Of a DNA stretch of 51,596 nt, positions 50,664-51,596 are shown piece by piece; positions within the stretch are counted from its first letter, which is position 1, and every line of letters starts with the position of its first letter. Made by a program: the position numbers and the translations under genes. The stretch comes from a virus (Duplodnaviria > Heunggongvirae > Uroviricota > Caudoviricetes): IMG/VR virus record IMGVR_UViG_2718218098_000003; one strand, 5' to 3'. Under the pieces are notes generated by a model that was not told the origin of the DNA, made no database searches, and worked only from the letters and a program-made list of their open reading frames with translations.

Positions 50664-51320
50664 ATGAAACAGCCTGCGCCCGTTTATCAGAGAATTGCGG
50701 GTCATCAATGGCGACATATCTGGCTTTCTGGCGATATACACGGTTGTCTTGAGCAGTTGCGCCGCAAATTATGGCATTGTCGTTTTGATCCGTGGCGAGA
50801 TTTACTTATCTCAGTAGGAGACGTTATCGATCGTGGGCCGCAAAGTTTACGTTGTCTGCAGTTACTGGAACAACATTGGGTTTGTGCGGTAAGAGGCAAT
50901 CATGAACAGATGGCGATGGATGCGCTGGCATCCCAGCAGATGTCTTTGTGGTTGATGAATGGCGGCGACTGGTTTATTGCGCTGGCAGATAATCAACAGA
51001 AACAAGCGAAAACGGCGCTGGAAAAATGTCAGCATTTGCCCTTTATTCTTGAAGTACACAGTCGTACCGGCAAACATGTTATTGCTCATGCCGATTATCC
51101 AGATGATGTTTATGAATGGCAAAAGGACGTTGATTTGCATCAGGTCTTGTGGAGCCGCTCGCGATTAGGTGAACGCCAAAAAGGGCAGGGAATTACAGGT
51201 GCTGATCATTTCTGGTTTGGTCATACACCGTTGCGACATCGCGTGGATATTGGCAACCTGCATTATATTGATACCGGTGCTGTCTTTGGGGGCGAACTGA
51301 CTCTTGTGCAATTGCAATAA
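50664..51320 (+). CDS. pphA: Serine/threonine protein phosphatase 1 (host)
   Basis: Metallophosphatase motifs GDIHG, GDVIDRG, GNHE; 218 aa; matches recalled PphA; SD gggagg. Confidence 0.8.
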   Translation: MKQPAPVYQRIAGHQWRHIWLSGDIHGCLEQLRRKLWHCRFDPWRDLLISVGDVIDRGPQSLRCLQLLEQHWVCAVRGNHEQMAMDALASQQMSLWLMNGGDWFIALADNQQKQAKTALEKCQHLPFILEVHSRTGKHVIAHADYPDDVYEWQKDVDLHQVLWSRSRLGERQKGQGITGADHFWFGHTPLRHRVDIGNLHYIDTGAVFGGELTLVQLQ

Positions 51321-51596
51321 TTAAAAATCACCATACTCCTGTGCTGGTCGCCAGAAACCATCTATAAAATCCTCAATCGGAAAACAACCGCCATGGCGGA
51401 TCCGTTGATCGCTCATAGAATAAAGACACTGCTGTTCCGTGTTGTAGACATCCACAACAATATCTTCACAACCGCCATCCAGGTAGCAAACAAAAAGTAC
51501 CAGCGCGAACATTTCATCCCCGAAGTGTGGTGCCGTACCGTTAAGTTTAGGAGAGATTTTACAACGGGGGAATAACCAGGACAAATAACCCGCCAT
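51321..51596 (-). CDS. Host hypothetical protein, convergent with pphA; start at or beyond window edge
   Basis: 91-aa ORF running to the last base of the window. Confidence 0.4.
   Translation of the reverse strand: MAGYLSWLFPRCKISPKLNGTAPHFGDEMFALVLFVCYLDGGCEDIVVDVYNTEQQCLYSMSDQRIRHGGCFPIEDFIDGFWRPAQEYGDF

Overview
The window is essentially one complete ~50-kb lambdoid prophage (about 604-50503) inserted into the 3' end of the small-RNA gene sdsR (ryeB), between a yebY-like host gene (left) and pphA (right). Imperfect ~26-bp att core repeats sit at 578-603 and 50504-50530. Left to right the prophage carries: int/xis; a Rac-type early region (lar-like, recT, recE, racC, ydaE-like, kilR, racR-like repressor, cro-like, ydaT-like, replication initiator, DnaC-like loader); an accessory block with an IS110-family element (frameshifted recombinase), a hok-type toxin and a doc-type toxin; nin-type genes and a Q-type antiterminator; four tRNA genes; a moron locus where Stx phages carry toxin genes, here holding a TolA-domain-III-like lipoprotein, a truncated nanS-p-type esterase and three copies of a conserved structured element; a phage-21-type lysis cassette interrupted by a two-gene insert; cos; a lambda-type head and tail operon (Nu1 through J, lom, stf, tfa); and a repeat- and terminator-rich b region. 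All calls come from reading the translations and sequence and from recalled family features; no database search or folding program was run, so names are provisional. The most interesting candidates are the structured triple repeat (20314-21584), the TolA-like lipoprotein (20581-21009), the IS110 element with a possible bridge-type ncRNA, and the insert inside the lysis cassette.
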